From positions 10,403-74,402 of the forward strand of contig NHCB01000007.1 of NCBI GenBank assembly GCA_002167745.1: 64,000 bases of DNA, in the 5' to 3' direction. This document shows positions 1 to 10,446 of this stretch, in pieces. The DNA is from Betaproteobacteria bacterium TMED22 (lineage in GTDB: Bacteria; Pseudomonadota; Gammaproteobacteria; Burkholderiales; Eutrophovitaceae). A program made the position numbers and the translations under genes. Position 1 is the first letter of the stretch. Each line of letters starts with the position of its first letter. Below the pieces are notes generated by a model that saw nothing but the letters and a program-made list of their open reading frames with translations, did not search any database and was not told where the DNA came from.

Positions 1-440
1 CCTAAGTTCAAGAATCTTGGGGTTGCTCCAGATAGAAGAGCTGCACCCTCATAGATTTGGTAAAAAGGGTTAGGCATTATGACTACGGAGTCAGGATCGT
101 TTGGGGGCAGCACAACTTGGCCGAGAGCGAATAGTGCTTCTCTCGTACCGTTGACCGGCAGAATTTCATGCTCAGGATCAATATCGCCCATGCCAAATCG
201 ACTCTCGATCCAATGTTTGATGGTTGATCTAAGTTCTGGAGATCCTTGAGTAGTTGGATAGTGGGCTATGTGAGTTAGGTTGTCTGTTAGCGCGTTCAGT
301 ATGACTTTCGGTGTCTTGTGTTGCGGCTCACCTATGGACAGGCGTATCAACGGATATTCTTGGCTGGGTTTTATTTCTCCAAGAATCTTCCCGAATTTTT
401 GGAAAGGATAGGGGTGAAGTTTGTGAAGTAAAGGATTCAT
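1..440 (-). CDS. dapC: PLP-dependent aminotransferase, succinyldiaminopimelate transaminase-like (N-terminal part; gene runs off the window)
   Basis: Hand translation of the minus strand from ATG 440-438 stays open to position 1: MNPLLHKLHPYPFQKFGKIL...LSIGEPQHKTP...PVNGTREALF...MPNPFYQIYEGAALL. This matches the DapC-type class I aminotransferase N-terminus. It is absent from the ORF track because it is truncated. Confidence 0.6.
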   Translation of the reverse strand, partial: MNPLLHKLHPYPFQKFGKILGEIKPSQEYPLIRLSIGEPQHKTPKVILNALTDNLTHIAHYPTTQGSPELRSTIKHWIESRFGMGDIDPEHEILPVNGTREALFALGQVVLPPNDPDSVVIMPNPFYQIYEGAALLSGATPRFLNL

Positions 441-535
441 GATAATCGTCAGTTGAAACTTGTCTTAGTGGTTGCTATTTGATGTCTTATGGGGCTTGAA
501 TTAGTGCGTAAGTTGAGGCATGAATTCTAAAACAT

Positions 536-1279
536 TTATTCTCTAATGCGGTAATAGAGCCGACCTAAAAATTCTCTTAATGCACTAAACGTACCATTGA
601 TTCCGCTGGTCGACGGTATAAAACTTAAAATCGTGAGTCTTCGGCTATTTGCTTTAAAATCGACAGCGTACGGCGTGACTTTAAAAGCCTGGGATTCAAA
701 AATTTTTGAAGCCCTTGGCATATGAAAAGCAGATGTCACGAGTGTAATGTGAGTAGTCTCTTCAGGAACGAGCGCTTTAACTGCATTTGCTTCTTGCTCT
801 GTATTTTGAACTGATCGAGTAACGAGGATGTTTTCTTCTGGTACGCCTTGCAGTATAGCTTCTCCCCTCAAGTATTCGCCCTCAGTAAGGGGGCCGCTAT
901 CCCAAGGAAGTTTGCCTCCTGTGAATATTAGCGTCGGTGCCTTACCTGCTTTGAAAAGAGCGATACCGCCAAAAAATCGATCTGGATCGGCCCATTGGTA
1001 AATGTGCCCATCTTTTGTTGATATGGAACTGGCGCTACCACTGAGGACTACGATCGCATCTGAGTTGATTATGTTTTTTGGTAGTTGGAGTGAGTAACCT
1101 GATTCTAATTTTTCCCAAAACCAGAAAGCGGCGATCGGCGTGCTCAGGATGCTTAACAGCACAGTGCTGAACAGCAATATTTTTAGCCGTAATCTAATTG
1201 AGTAAATGAGGACGAGTGTAATGAAAAGAAATAATGGTGAGATCAGGAGCGGAAGTATTTTGTGTAGGTAGATGCTCAT
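536..1279 (-). CDS. DUF218 (YdcF/ElyC-like) family protein, membrane anchored
   Basis: 247-aa ORF with N-terminal TM helices followed by a DUF218-like core (IVVLSG..., LIFTGG, LVTSAFHMPRA). It overlaps the upstream ORF by 4 nt. Confidence 0.7.
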   Translation of the reverse strand: MSIYLHKILPLLISPLFLFITLVLIYSIRLRLKILLFSTVLLSILSTPIAAFWFWEKLESGYSLQLPKNIINSDAIVVLSGSASSISTKDGHIYQWADPDRFFGGIALFKAGKAPTLIFTGGKLPWDSGPLTEGEYLRGEAILQGVPEENILVTRSVQNTEQEANAVKALVPEETTHITLVTSAFHMPRASKIFESQAFKVTPYAVDFKANSRRLTILSFIPSTSGINGTFSALREFLGRLYYRIRE

Positions 1280-1701
1280 CCTAGAATTTTGCTACCGCCA
1301 TTCAGATGTACAGCTAAAAGTACTTTTCTTCCCTCGCCTGCAACGATATTGAAAGTTCTGCATGCGGATATCGTTGTCATAACCTCAAAAGGGATGATGC
1401 TACCTAAAAAATTTACACATTCATTTTCTAATCGAATGTATTTGTTGCCTGTGCCTAAAAGTAATAATTCGTACTCTTCAAGTGGCAGCCTTTCGATAGC
1501 GTTGATCGTTATTTTATCGCTATCGATCACCCAGGACGTAGCTGGGTGAGTGGTGCCTAAAAAAAAAGGCTGGGCGAACTGAATCTCCCCTATATCGATA
1601 TGAAATGAGGATACTTGAGTGATTTTTACGATATCTGGATTATCTTGTGACGCTATTTTCATGTGTTGTATTTCAGTAATTGAACTTATGATCCTGATCA
1701 T
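1276..1701 (-). CDS. Mth938-like (DUF498) domain protein
   Basis: 141-aa ORF with LLLLGTG...FEVMTTISACRTFNIVAGEGRKVLLAVHL, typical of the Mth938/NDUFAF3-like fold. The true start may be the internal Met at 1662. Confidence 0.6.
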   Translation of the reverse strand: MIRIISSITEIQHMKIASQDNPDIVKITQVSSFHIDIGEIQFAQPFFLGTTHPATSWVIDSDKITINAIERLPLEEYELLLLGTGNKYIRLENECVNFLGSIIPFEVMTTISACRTFNIVAGEGRKVLLAVHLNGGSKILG

Positions 1702-1745
1702 TCTTTTTGCTGCACTAGACCAGATCAGTTAAACTTGCCCCCTTA

Positions 1746-1762
1746 TTATGACAAAGTCATAA
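1746..1762. promoter_or_regulatory. Perfect 7-3-7 palindrome TTATGAC-AAA-GTCATAA in the divergent intergenic region upstream of alaC (candidate operator)
   Basis: Read directly at 1746-1762, about 30 nt upstream of the alaC start. No regulator is assigned. Confidence 0.3.
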
Positions 1763-1793
1763 ACTTTCCTTTTGAAAATCCTATTAATATTGT

Positions 1794-3026
1794 ATGTCTA
1801 TTGAATTTTCTCGTATTAAAAGGCTACCTCAATACGTTTTCAACATAACGGGTGAGCTTAAGATGGCTGCTCGACGTAGAGGCGAGGATATTATCGATTT
1901 GTCGATGGGTAATCCTGATGGCCCAACGCCTCCCCACATTGTTGAGAAATTAGTCGAGGCTGCGCGGCGGCCTGCGAACCACGGGTATTCAGTATCTAAA
2001 GGCATACCGCGTTTACGACAGGCGATCTCGAATTGGTACTCAGATCGCTATGATGTGGAGTTGGACCCCGAGACTGAGGCGATCGTCACGATTGGTTCAA
2101 AAGAGGGGATTGCGCACCTAGCGCTAGCTACCCTGGACCGAGGAGATATTGTTTTGGTCCCTAATCCGAGTTATCCCATTCATATTTACGGCCCAGTGAT
2201 TGCTGGAGCTGATATTCGTCATGTTCGAAATACGCCAGACGTAGATTTTTTCGAAGAGCTAGAGAGGGCATTAAAGGAGTCGTTTCCAAAGCCTAAGATG
2301 ATCATCGTGAATTTTCCTGGCAATCCAACGACACAGTGTGTCGATCTATCGTTTTTTGAGAAGCTTTTGGAAATCGCGCGTCAACATGGGGTTTATGTGG
2401 TGCACGATTTGGCCTACGCTGATATCGTTTTTGATGATTACAAAGCGCCATCAATATTGCAGGTTCCAGGAGCAAAGGATATTGCTGTTGAATTTTTTAC
2501 AATGTCAAAAAGTTACAATATGGCTGGGTGGCGAATCGGATATATGGTGGGTAATCCTGATTTAGTGGCTGCGTTATCGAGAATCAAGAGTTATCACGAT
2601 TATGGTACTTTTACGCCGCTACAGATTGCGTCAATCGTTGCGTTAGAGGGGCCGCAGGATTGCGTAGAGGACATCCGAAAGACCTATGAGAACCGGCGTA
2701 ACGTAATGGTAAAAGGACTCCATGAAGCAGGGTGGAATGTCGCGACGCCAAAGGCTGCGATGTATATTTGGGCCCAAATACCAGAACATTATAAAGACTT
2801 AGGTTCGCTGGGATTTTCAAAAAAGTTGCTTACCGAAGCAAAGCTCGCCGCCGCGCCAGGTGTTGGGTTTGGAGAGTATGGAGACGATCATGTTCGGCTG
2901 GCTTTGATTGAAAATGAAGAACGTATTCGCCAGGCTATTCGTGGTATTAAAGATATGTTCCGCAAGGACGGCGTACTAGATGCTCTTGATCAAGCAAAAG
3001 GTGGAGAGTTAAAGGTCGTCAAATGA
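1794..3026 (+). CDS. alaC: Glutamate-pyruvate (alanine) aminotransferase AlaC
   Basis: 410 aa with near-colinear similarity to E. coli AlaC/YfdZ ([70 protein letters not shown]). Confidence 0.9.
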   Translation: MSIEFSRIKRLPQYVFNITGELKMAARRRGEDIIDLSMGNPDGPTPPHIVEKLVEAARRPANHGYSVSKGIPRLRQAISNWYSDRYDVELDPETEAIVTIGSKEGIAHLALATLDRGDIVLVPNPSYPIHIYGPVIAGADIRHVRNTPDVDFFEELERALKESFPKPKMIIVNFPGNPTTQCVDLSFFEKLLEIARQHGVYVVHDLAYADIVFDDYKAPSILQVPGAKDIAVEFFTMSKSYNMAGWRIGYMVGNPDLVAALSRIKSYHDYGTFTPLQIASIVALEGPQDCVEDIRKTYENRRNVMVKGLHEAGWNVATPKAAMYIWAQIPEHYKDLGSLGFSKKLLTEAKLAAAPGVGFGEYGDDHVRLALIENEERIRQAIRGIKDMFRKDGVLDALDQAKGGELKVVK

Positions 3027-3081
3027 CCGCAGCAATAAAGGTGATTTCCTTAAGAGAAATTAGTGATCCGGAGTTTGTTCT

Positions 3082-4389
3082 ATGAAGACGGTAAAGGTGG
3101 GTTTGGTTGGCGTTGGTACCGTCGGCAGAGGAGTGGTTGAGGTTCTCCAAAGAAATTGTGAGGAGATTTCCAGAAGAACGGGTAGCCAGATCGTTGTCGT
3201 CGCAGCGTGTGCGCGGGACGTTGAAAAAGCTACAGAATTTCTAGGTCCAGAGGTTAAAGTTTTTAATGATCCGCTAGATGTCGTTCGAGACGATAATGTC
3301 GATATTGTTATCGAATTGATCGGGGGGACCACAACGGCGCGTACGCTTTTATTGGAAGCGATCTCCCTGTCGAAACCGGTCGTGACTGCGAATAAGGCGC
3401 TCATAGCAGAGTGTGGAAATGAGTTGTTTGCGCAGGCCGCAGCAAATGGGTCGATCGTCGCTTATGAGGCTGCAGTCGCTGGGGGTATTCCAATCATTAA
3501 GGCGCTGCGTGAGGGGCTCGCAGGGAATCGCATTGATTCAGTCGCAGGCATCGTTAATGGAACGACAAACTTTATCCTATCGGAAATGCGTGAAAAGGGG
3601 ATGTCCTTCGAGGAAGCGCTCGGGGACGCCCAGCGTTTAGGCTACGCGGAGGCAGATCCAACCTTTGATATCGAGGGAATTGATGCGGGCCAAAAGCTAG
3701 CAATCATCGCCGCCGTATCGTTTGGTATTTCTATTCAACCGGAAAAGGTTTATTGCGAGGGTATTACGAAGTTAACCGAGGCTGACATCCTTGCTGCAGA
3801 GGAATTTGGGTATCGCGTTAAGCTCTTGGCTATTACGAAACGAAGGACCGATGGGTTTGAAATGAGGGTTCACCCAACACTAGTGCCTGACAAATGTGTC
3901 ATTGCAAGCGTAGATGGGCCAATGAATGCGGTCTTGGTTCATGGTGACGCTGTTGGCCCGACTCTTTATTACGGTGCTGGCGCTGGCGCAGAGCCAACGG
4001 CATCTGCTGTGATTTCTGACTTAATTGATGTGATCCGCCTTCAGAGGGCAAACGCTGCCGCTTACGTCCCACATTTAGCATTTCAAAGAGAGCACTTAAG
4101 CGATGTTCCAATTTTGGATATGGGTGAGGTAGAGTCATCTTTTTATCTTAGAATAAGAGTGCGCGACGAGCCAGGCGTTCTATCCGATATAGCCGGAATA
4201 TTGGCAGAGTATGCGGTGTCTATCGAAGCGATGCGCCAGCGCGAATCAAATTCTAACGACGAAGGTGTCGATATCGTGATATTCACCCATAAAACGAAAG
4301 AAAGTTCGATTAATGATGCATCGAAAAAAATTAGTGCGCTTGAGGCGATTTATAATGCACCTGCGCGCCTTCGTATTGAAATGTTTTGA
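3082..4389 (+). CDS. hom: Homoserine dehydrogenase
   Basis: 435 aa with an N-terminal GxGxVG NAD(P) fold (VGLVGVGTVGRG), the core TANKALIA and a C-terminal ACT domain. It sits upstream of thrC. Confidence 0.92.
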   Translation: MKTVKVGLVGVGTVGRGVVEVLQRNCEEISRRTGSQIVVVAACARDVEKATEFLGPEVKVFNDPLDVVRDDNVDIVIELIGGTTTARTLLLEAISLSKPVVTANKALIAECGNELFAQAAANGSIVAYEAAVAGGIPIIKALREGLAGNRIDSVAGIVNGTTNFILSEMREKGMSFEEALGDAQRLGYAEADPTFDIEGIDAGQKLAIIAAVSFGISIQPEKVYCEGITKLTEADILAAEEFGYRVKLLAITKRRTDGFEMRVHPTLVPDKCVIASVDGPMNAVLVHGDAVGPTLYYGAGAGAEPTASAVISDLIDVIRLQRANAAAYVPHLAFQREHLSDVPILDMGEVESSFYLRIRVRDEPGVLSDIAGILAEYAVSIEAMRQRESNSNDEGVDIVIFTHKTKESSINDASKKISALEAIYNAPARLRIEMF

Positions 4390-4431
4390 TGGCAGTTTTG
4401 CCATTGATAAATTAAAGTTTAGAGTGAATGT

Positions 4432-5553
4432 ATGAATAATCGTCATTACAGCGGCTTGATTCAAAAATATCGAAAGAGACTTCCGGTTCAAGATTCGACG
4501 AGAGTTATTTCGTTAAACGAGGGTAATACGCCGCTTATAGAGCTTAAGAATTTACCTGAAAAATTAGGTTGGGAACAAAAGATATTTTGTAAATTTGAGG
4601 GCTTAAATCCTACAGGATCGTTTAAAGATCGTGGGATGACTATGGCCGTTACTAAAGCTGTGGAGTCGGGTGCCCAGGCAATTATTTGCGCCTCCACCGG
4701 CAATACCTCGGCGGCAGCTGCTGCGTACGCTGCGCGTGCAGGCATTAAAAGTTTTGTTTTGATTCCTGAAGGTAAAATTGCTCTCGGGAAGTTGTCACAG
4801 GCGATGATGCACGGAGCGACCGTCATACAAATTAAAGGCAACTTCGATGACGGAATGCGCCTTGTGCAGGAGCTCTCCTCCAGCATGCCGTTAAATCTTG
4901 TCAACTCAATCAATCCATACAGATTACAGGGTCAAAAGACGATTGCTTTTGAGGTAATCGAAGCGCTTGGAGATGCTCCGAATTATCATGTGATGCCAGT
5001 AGGAAATGCCGGCAATATATCTGCTCATTGGATCGGGTACAGTGAGGCTGCCGGTGAGCAGTGCGGCAGTTGTAATCTGTGCAACGGGCAGTGTTCCTTC
5101 AAGGATGATGTAATCAGCACTAAAAGACCAACGTTAGTCGGATACCAAGCATCAGGAGCTGCGCCGTTCCTCAGAAAAGAAATGGTTGATTCGCCAGAGA
5201 CGATTGCTACGGCTATACGAATTGGTCATCCGGTATCTTGGGATTTAGCATGGGCTGCTCAAAAGGAGTCACTTGGATGGTTTGAAGAATGTACCGACGA
5301 GGAAATTTTGCAGGCTCAAAAGATACTGGCTGAATCGGAAGGCATATTTTGTGAACCGGCCTCCGCAATTACAATTGCAGGATTATTAAAGGACATTGAG
5401 CGAGGTCGGTACCAAAAAAATGCAACGATTGTTTGCACTTTGACGGGTCACGGATTGAAAGACCCTGATACCGCTATCGCGCAGAGCGAGGCTCCTATCG
5501 TGGTTGAGGCAAAGCGTGACGAAATAGGTGCGATCATTAAGCAGTATTTGTAA
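4432..5553 (+). CDS. thrC: Threonine synthase
   Basis: 373 aa with the PLP-lysine motif NPTGSFKDRGM and STGNTSAA. It is in hom-thrC synteny. Confidence 0.92.
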   Translation: MNNRHYSGLIQKYRKRLPVQDSTRVISLNEGNTPLIELKNLPEKLGWEQKIFCKFEGLNPTGSFKDRGMTMAVTKAVESGAQAIICASTGNTSAAAAAYAARAGIKSFVLIPEGKIALGKLSQAMMHGATVIQIKGNFDDGMRLVQELSSSMPLNLVNSINPYRLQGQKTIAFEVIEALGDAPNYHVMPVGNAGNISAHWIGYSEAAGEQCGSCNLCNGQCSFKDDVISTKRPTLVGYQASGAAPFLRKEMVDSPETIATAIRIGHPVSWDLAWAAQKESLGWFEECTDEEILQAQKILAESEGIFCEPASAITIAGLLKDIERGRYQKNATIVCTLTGHGLKDPDTAIAQSEAPIVVEAKRDEIGAIIKQYL

Positions 5554-5558
5554 TTCGA

Positions 5559-6158
5559 TTATTTTACTGCTTGCAATTGCCAGACGAAGTGAGAAATCGA
5601 GCGTTTAATATATTTCTTGTGTGCATTTTTTATTTTATCAAGTAATGTGCGTTCTGCCGTTTGTGAATATTTTGGATAAATTCTCTGCGCTTCCACTGCG
5701 ACGAATTGTCCCGTAAAGCCGTATATTCTTGCATCTGGATTTTGGCCACAAAAGTATTCATGTGTTCCTTGTGTGATTATGTTTACATGCGTTGGGTCCT
5801 GAAAGGCTTCGGGGGAGGGGAATGCTGGCGTTGATGCATAAAATAGGCCTCCAGGCTTTAAGACTCGATGGATCTCATTCATGAGATTAATGAATGGATT
5901 CACGATGGTTTTATTCTGGTGATCAACTGATTGCCTTGGAATATGCTCGATAACATCAAACGCAGATACAGAGTCAAAGTAGGATTCGATAAACGGAACC
6001 GGCTCGCAAGCAAGGTTGCAAATTTTAAAATGCTCGTCAAGTTTTCCTGAATCGATTTTGAGGTCTACTCCAAACAGCTCTGGCGCGTGATAGGGGTTTC
6101 TTGGGGCATTGCCGCAGCCGAGATCTAAATGCTTGCGTTTATAATTTGAATTTGTCAT
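5559..6158 (-). CDS. Class I SAM-dependent methyltransferase
   Basis: It has the SAM motif I LDLGCGN and a post-I acidic motif (FDVIEHI). I place the start at ATG 6158, because the track start at 6212 would overlap the nadC 3' end. Confidence 0.7.
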   Translation of the reverse strand: MTNSNYKRKHLDLGCGNAPRNPYHAPELFGVDLKIDSGKLDEHFKICNLACEPVPFIESYFDSVSAFDVIEHIPRQSVDHQNKTIVNPFINLMNEIHRVLKPGGLFYASTPAFPSPEAFQDPTHVNIITQGTHEYFCGQNPDARIYGFTGQFVAVEAQRIYPKYSQTAERTLLDKIKNAHKKYIKRSISHFVWQLQAVK

Positions 6159-6168
6159 AGGCCGATAT

Positions 6169-7017
6169 TCAATTATTAAATGTGAGACGCATTGATAGGT
6201 CGATCGCCTCAATATCTTTTGTTAAGGCGCCAATAGATATTCGATCGACACCGGTTTCTGCGATTGTCACAATTGAGTCTAGTGTTATTCCACCAGAGGC
6301 CTCTAATAATGCTTTACCTTCAGCAATGCGCACTGCGTCTCTCATAGACTGCAGCGTAAAATTGTCCAGTAAAATTGACGTAGCTCCATTATCAATGGCT
6401 TCTCTTAACTGCGGGAGTGATTCCACCTCGATTTGAATAGTAATCCTTTCATCGATGTGTTTGGTAGATTTCATTGCATTGGAGATTCCGTCGCAAGCGA
6501 TTATGTGATTTTCTTTAATTAAAACGCCGTCGAATAGTCCTATCCGATGATTTTCTCCGCCCCCCGTTTTTACTGCATATTTAAGGGCTGTTCTTAAGTT
6601 GGGCATTGTTTTTCTTGTATCAAGGATCTTCGCCTTCGTGTGTGCAACTGCCCGAACATAATGATTTGTTTTGGTCGCAACAGCCGATAGGGTTTGTAAA
6701 AAGTTCAGCGCAGTTCTTTCGCCCGTTAAGAGCGCTCTCGCTGGGCCAGCTAATGAACAGATCGACTGTCCGCTGGCCACTCGATTCCCATCTTTATGAT
6801 GCCACTCAAGCTGAATCGAGCTGTCTAGAGAGTGAAAAGTTCTCTCGACCCAATCTGTACCACATAGAATGCAATCTACTCTAGATATGATTGAGCCTTC
6901 GCCTCTCTTATCCTCAGGTATTAAGGATGCCGTTAAATCTCCGTCACCGAGATCCTCCCGTATCGCTATTTCAACACAAGATTGAATGGATGTTTTAAAA
7001 TTGTTATCGCTCATCAT
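6169..7017 (-). CDS. nadC: Nicotinate-nucleotide diphosphorylase (carboxylating)
   Basis: 282 aa with LTGERTALNFLQ, TRKT.P and KENHI motifs of quinolinate phosphoribosyltransferase. Confidence 0.9.
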   Translation of the reverse strand: MMSDNNFKTSIQSCVEIAIREDLGDGDLTASLIPEDKRGEGSIISRVDCILCGTDWVERTFHSLDSSIQLEWHHKDGNRVASGQSICSLAGPARALLTGERTALNFLQTLSAVATKTNHYVRAVAHTKAKILDTRKTMPNLRTALKYAVKTGGGENHRIGLFDGVLIKENHIIACDGISNAMKSTKHIDERITIQIEVESLPQLREAIDNGATSILLDNFTLQSMRDAVRIAEGKALLEASGGITLDSIVTIAETGVDRISIGALTKDIEAIDLSMRLTFNN

Positions 7018-7058
7018 CTCTATTTAAATTCACGTTAATTGTGCCGTGTTATGTAGTT

Positions 7059-7646
7059 TTAGTTCCGATTGACTTGTATCGAGATTGCGCCTCTTATGTC
7101 ACCTAGGCTGTACCCAATTGCCTTGTCATGAGGATACAGCTGCTCGAGTGCAGATGCGACTTCATCGGGGATGTCCTTCGGCCTACCGTGACAGGTCAAA
7201 CAAATCGGTCCAGTTGGTAACGCTCGCATGTATCGAATTGAACGGTATTCGGTTTCATCTTCAACAAAATAAGTCTCGATGAGTCCTGATTTGGAACTAT
7301 CCAAAAACGAGTCGTTGGAGAACGCTATTAACTGTTTTCGTTCCCATGTGTCAGGTGTTCCAATAAGAGGATTTCTAACTTTTAGACTCACTCTTGAGAT
7401 CTTCCATCCTGTTTCTCGAGACAATTGATTAGCTAAGTTGGGCGCTACCGTTTTGCAAACGCTGATAGCGGCCGTCGGACCCTTTGAATTGATCGTCGTT
7501 TTAAGCGTTTTTCCTAATGTTTTTACGAACATCGACGCTGTCGATTGCATATCGAAAATCAGCGCTTTATCGTCATCAGCGTCAGCTACGCAACAGGTGC
7601 TCCAGCTTGTTAATAACAAAACTATAATCAACTTAACTTTTCTCAT
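7059..7646 (-). CDS. Secreted DUF3365 (Tll0287-like) c-type haem protein
   Basis: It has a signal peptide (KVKLIIVLLLTSWSTCCVA) and a single CXXCH site (CLTCHG) near the C-terminus, the usual DUF3365 layout. An AAGG RBS precedes ATG 7646; the alternative start is 7664. Confidence 0.6.
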   Translation of the reverse strand: MRKVKLIIVLLLTSWSTCCVADADDDKALIFDMQSTASMFVKTLGKTLKTTINSKGPTAAISVCKTVAPNLANQLSRETGWKISRVSLKVRNPLIGTPDTWERKQLIAFSNDSFLDSSKSGLIETYFVEDETEYRSIRYMRALPTGPICLTCHGRPKDIPDEVASALEQLYPHDKAIGYSLGDIRGAISIQVNRN

Positions 7647-7714
7647 TATTGAGGACCTTATCATTATCTAAGCGTTAGTAATCGCGTTAAAAACTAATTT
7701 CATTCTTAACTGCA

Positions 7715-7742
7715 CTTGAAATTATCAAATCTTCCCCAATTT
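7715..7742 (+). promoter_or_regulatory. Sigma-32 type heat-shock promoter of clpB
   Basis: CTTGAA (7715-7720), a 13-nt spacer, then CCCCAATTT (7734-7742). This matches the E. coli sigma-32 consensus CTTGAA-N13-17-CCCCATNT and lies about 35 nt upstream of the clpB ATG. Confidence 0.6.
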
Positions 7743-7776
7743 TAGTACTAACTAAAGATTCATATGAGGAAACGTT

Positions 7777-10350
7777 ATGAGGTTAGACAAATTTACGACT
7801 CGGTTTCAAGAGTCGCTTGCATCTGCGGAGAAACTTGCATCGAGTAACGGTAATTCAAATATAGAGCCAGAACATTTACTTTATGTCCTGATTGATTCTG
7901 ATGAGCGTTTAATAGCAACAATCTTGACACGCTCGGGTGTGAAAATAGAGGGACTAAAGCAGGCATTAAAGTCAGCAATTGATGAATTTCCTGTAGTTGA
8001 GAAATTGCAACACCTGTCAATATCACAATCCATGAACCGCTTGATGAGTGCGACCGAAAAGTTGTCTCAAGAACTTGCCGATCAATATGTTTCGACTGAA
8101 CTGTTTTTATTAGTAGCGATCCGGGAGAAGCATGGTGTAGGTCTAATGCTCCGGGAGCACGGAGGTTCTGAGCCAACTTTAAAATCGGTGATTGATGAAC
8201 TGAGGGGAGGGGAGTCCAATGATTCTCCAGATGCCGAAAATCAACGTCAGGCTCTTGAGCGTTACACCGTAGACGTTACGGATAGTGCGAGACAAGGTAA
8301 GCTCGATCCAGTAATTGGCCGTGATGATGAAATCCGACGGGCCATTCAGATTTTGCAGCGACGAACAAAAAATAACCCAGTATTGATTGGAGAACCAGGG
8401 GTAGGGAAAACCGCGATCGTTGAGGGCTTAGCTCAGAGGATTATCAATGAGGAGGTGCCTGATAGCCTTAAAGGTAAGCGGGTATTGTCGCTCGATATGG
8501 CGGCACTTTTGGCTGGTGCTAAGTATCGCGGAGACTTTGAAGAACGGCTGAAATCCGTATTGAAGGCGTTGGCACGCGACGATGGTATGACGATCATTTT
8601 CATTGATGAGTTACATACGATGGTAGGTGCGGGAAAGTCAGAAGGCGCTCTAGACGCTGGAAATATGTTGAAGCCGGCTTTGGCACGCGGTGAGCTTCAC
8701 TGTGTCGGAGCAACAACATTGGATGAGTATCGAAAGTACGTTGAAAAAGATTCTGCGCTAGAGCGGCGATTCCAGAAGGTGATCATAGACGAGCCAAGCG
8801 TGGAGAGCACTATCGCGATCTTGAGGGGTTTGCAAGAGCGCTATGAACTTCATCATGGCGTTGATATAACGGACCCGGCTATCGTAGCGGCAGCCCAATT
8901 ATCCCATCGCTATATCACGGATCGATTTCTACCTGATAAAGCTATTGATTTGATTGATGAGGCAGCTGCGCGTATAAAAATGGAGCTCGATTCGAAACCG
9001 GAGAAGCTAGATAAAATTGATCGACGTTTAATTCAGCTAAAGATAGAGCGAGAGGCTGTAAAAAGAGAAAGTGATTCAGCGTCAAAGAAAAGACTCGATG
9101 GTATCGAGGATGAGATAAATAGACTTAACAAAGAATATTCGGATCTCGATGAGATATGGAAGGCTGAAAAATTTATCGTACAAGGTGTTCAGCAGGTTAA
9201 GGAGGAAATCGATCAAGTTAAACTGCAAATTGACGTGTCGAAGCGTGAGGGCGATTGGTCATTAGTCTCAGAGTTGCAATACGGTAAGCTGCCTAGCCTA
9301 GAGGCTCAATTACATAAAGATACTCAGTTAAGTGAAAACGTAGAAAGTTTTCAAATTCTAAAAACCGAGGTGGGTGCTGACGAAATCGCTGATGTTGTAT
9401 CTCGAGCAACAGGCATTCCAGTATCTAGAATGATGCAGGGGGAAAGGGATAAATTGCTCGCCATGGAATCGCACTTGCATCAGCGTGTTATTGGGCAAGA
9501 TGAGGCCATTCGACTTGTGTCAGATGCGGTTCGTCGATCTAGGTCTGGCTTGAGCGATCCGAACCGTCCGTATGGTTCATTTTTGTTTCTTGGTCCGACA
9601 GGGGTGGGTAAGACCGAGCTTTGTAAAACGCTCGCTCAATTTCTATTTGATTCCGAAGATCAAATCGTCCGGATTGATATGTCGGAATTTATGGAAAAGC
9701 ATTCAGTGTCTCGATTGATAGGAGCTCCTCCAGGTTACGTCGGCTACGACGAAGGAGGCTACTTAACAGAGGCCGTAAGACGGAAGCCCTATTCGGTGAT
9801 ACTGCTTGATGAGATCGAGAAGGCGCACCCCGATATTTTTAACGTGTTGTTACAGGCGCTTGATGATGGTCGTATGACCGATGGCCAGGGAAGAACGGTA
9901 GATTTTAAAAATACAGTCATGGTTATGACATCAAACATTGGATCCCAAATGATTCAATCCATGGATAACAGTGACTACGACGCTGTAAAAAATGCAGTGA
10001 TAGGCGAGGTCAAGAACTCATTTAAACCAGAGTTTATCAATCGAGTTGATGAAATTGTTGTTTTTCATGGGTTAGGTCGCGCGCATGTCAGTGCGATCCT
10101 TGAAATTCAGTTGAAAAGACTAGAGCAGCGCTTGGCATCGCTAGATATTGGGCTGGATGTTGGTAGGGGTGTATTAGAACTATTAGGTGATAGCAGTTTT
10201 GATCCAGCGTATGGAGCAAGGCCGCTGAAAAGGGCCATTCAGTCTGAGGTTGAAAATCCCTTATCGAAATTGATTCTGGATGGGCAATTTGGGACTGGTG
10301 ATACAGTTATCGTTGACGTGAAAGATGGTTCATTGGAATTTCACAAGTAA
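7777..10350 (+). CDS. clpB: ATP-dependent chaperone ClpB
   Basis: 857 aa with two AAA+ modules (GEPGVGKT and GPTGVGKT Walker A motifs) and a long coiled-coil middle domain. Confidence 0.95.
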   Translation: MRLDKFTTRFQESLASAEKLASSNGNSNIEPEHLLYVLIDSDERLIATILTRSGVKIEGLKQALKSAIDEFPVVEKLQHLSISQSMNRLMSATEKLSQELADQYVSTELFLLVAIREKHGVGLMLREHGGSEPTLKSVIDELRGGESNDSPDAENQRQALERYTVDVTDSARQGKLDPVIGRDDEIRRAIQILQRRTKNNPVLIGEPGVGKTAIVEGLAQRIINEEVPDSLKGKRVLSLDMAALLAGAKYRGDFEERLKSVLKALARDDGMTIIFIDELHTMVGAGKSEGALDAGNMLKPALARGELHCVGATTLDEYRKYVEKDSALERRFQKVIIDEPSVESTIAILRGLQERYELHHGVDITDPAIVAAAQLSHRYITDRFLPDKAIDLIDEAAARIKMELDSKPEKLDKIDRRLIQLKIEREAVKRESDSASKKRLDGIEDEINRLNKEYSDLDEIWKAEKFIVQGVQQVKEEIDQVKLQIDVSKREGDWSLVSELQYGKLPSLEAQLHKDTQLSENVESFQILKTEVGADEIADVVSRATGIPVSRMMQGERDKLLAMESHLHQRVIGQDEAIRLVSDAVRRSRSGLSDPNRPYGSFLFLGPTGVGKTELCKTLAQFLFDSEDQIVRIDMSEFMEKHSVSRLIGAPPGYVGYDEGGYLTEAVRRKPYSVILLDEIEKAHPDIFNVLLQALDDGRMTDGQGRTVDFKNTVMVMTSNIGSQMIQSMDNSDYDAVKNAVIGEVKNSFKPEFINRVDEIVVFHGLGRAHVSAILEIQLKRLEQRLASLDIGLDVGRGVLELLGDSSFDPAYGARPLKRAIQSEVENPLSKLILDGQFGTGDTVIVDVKDGSLEFHK

Positions 10351-10446
10351 AGTTTCGTTGTGCAGGTAAGAAAAGCTGGAAAAATCACCTTATATAGGGT
10401 ACTTTTATAATAATTGCACAATATCTAGTGGTTTTTACAGCGATTT

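Noticed and set aside
6159-6212. The ORF track gives the methyltransferase an N-terminal extension that overlaps the nadC 3' end.
   Set aside because: The internal ATG at 6158 gives a normal-length class I methyltransferase and removes the 44-nt overlap with nadC.
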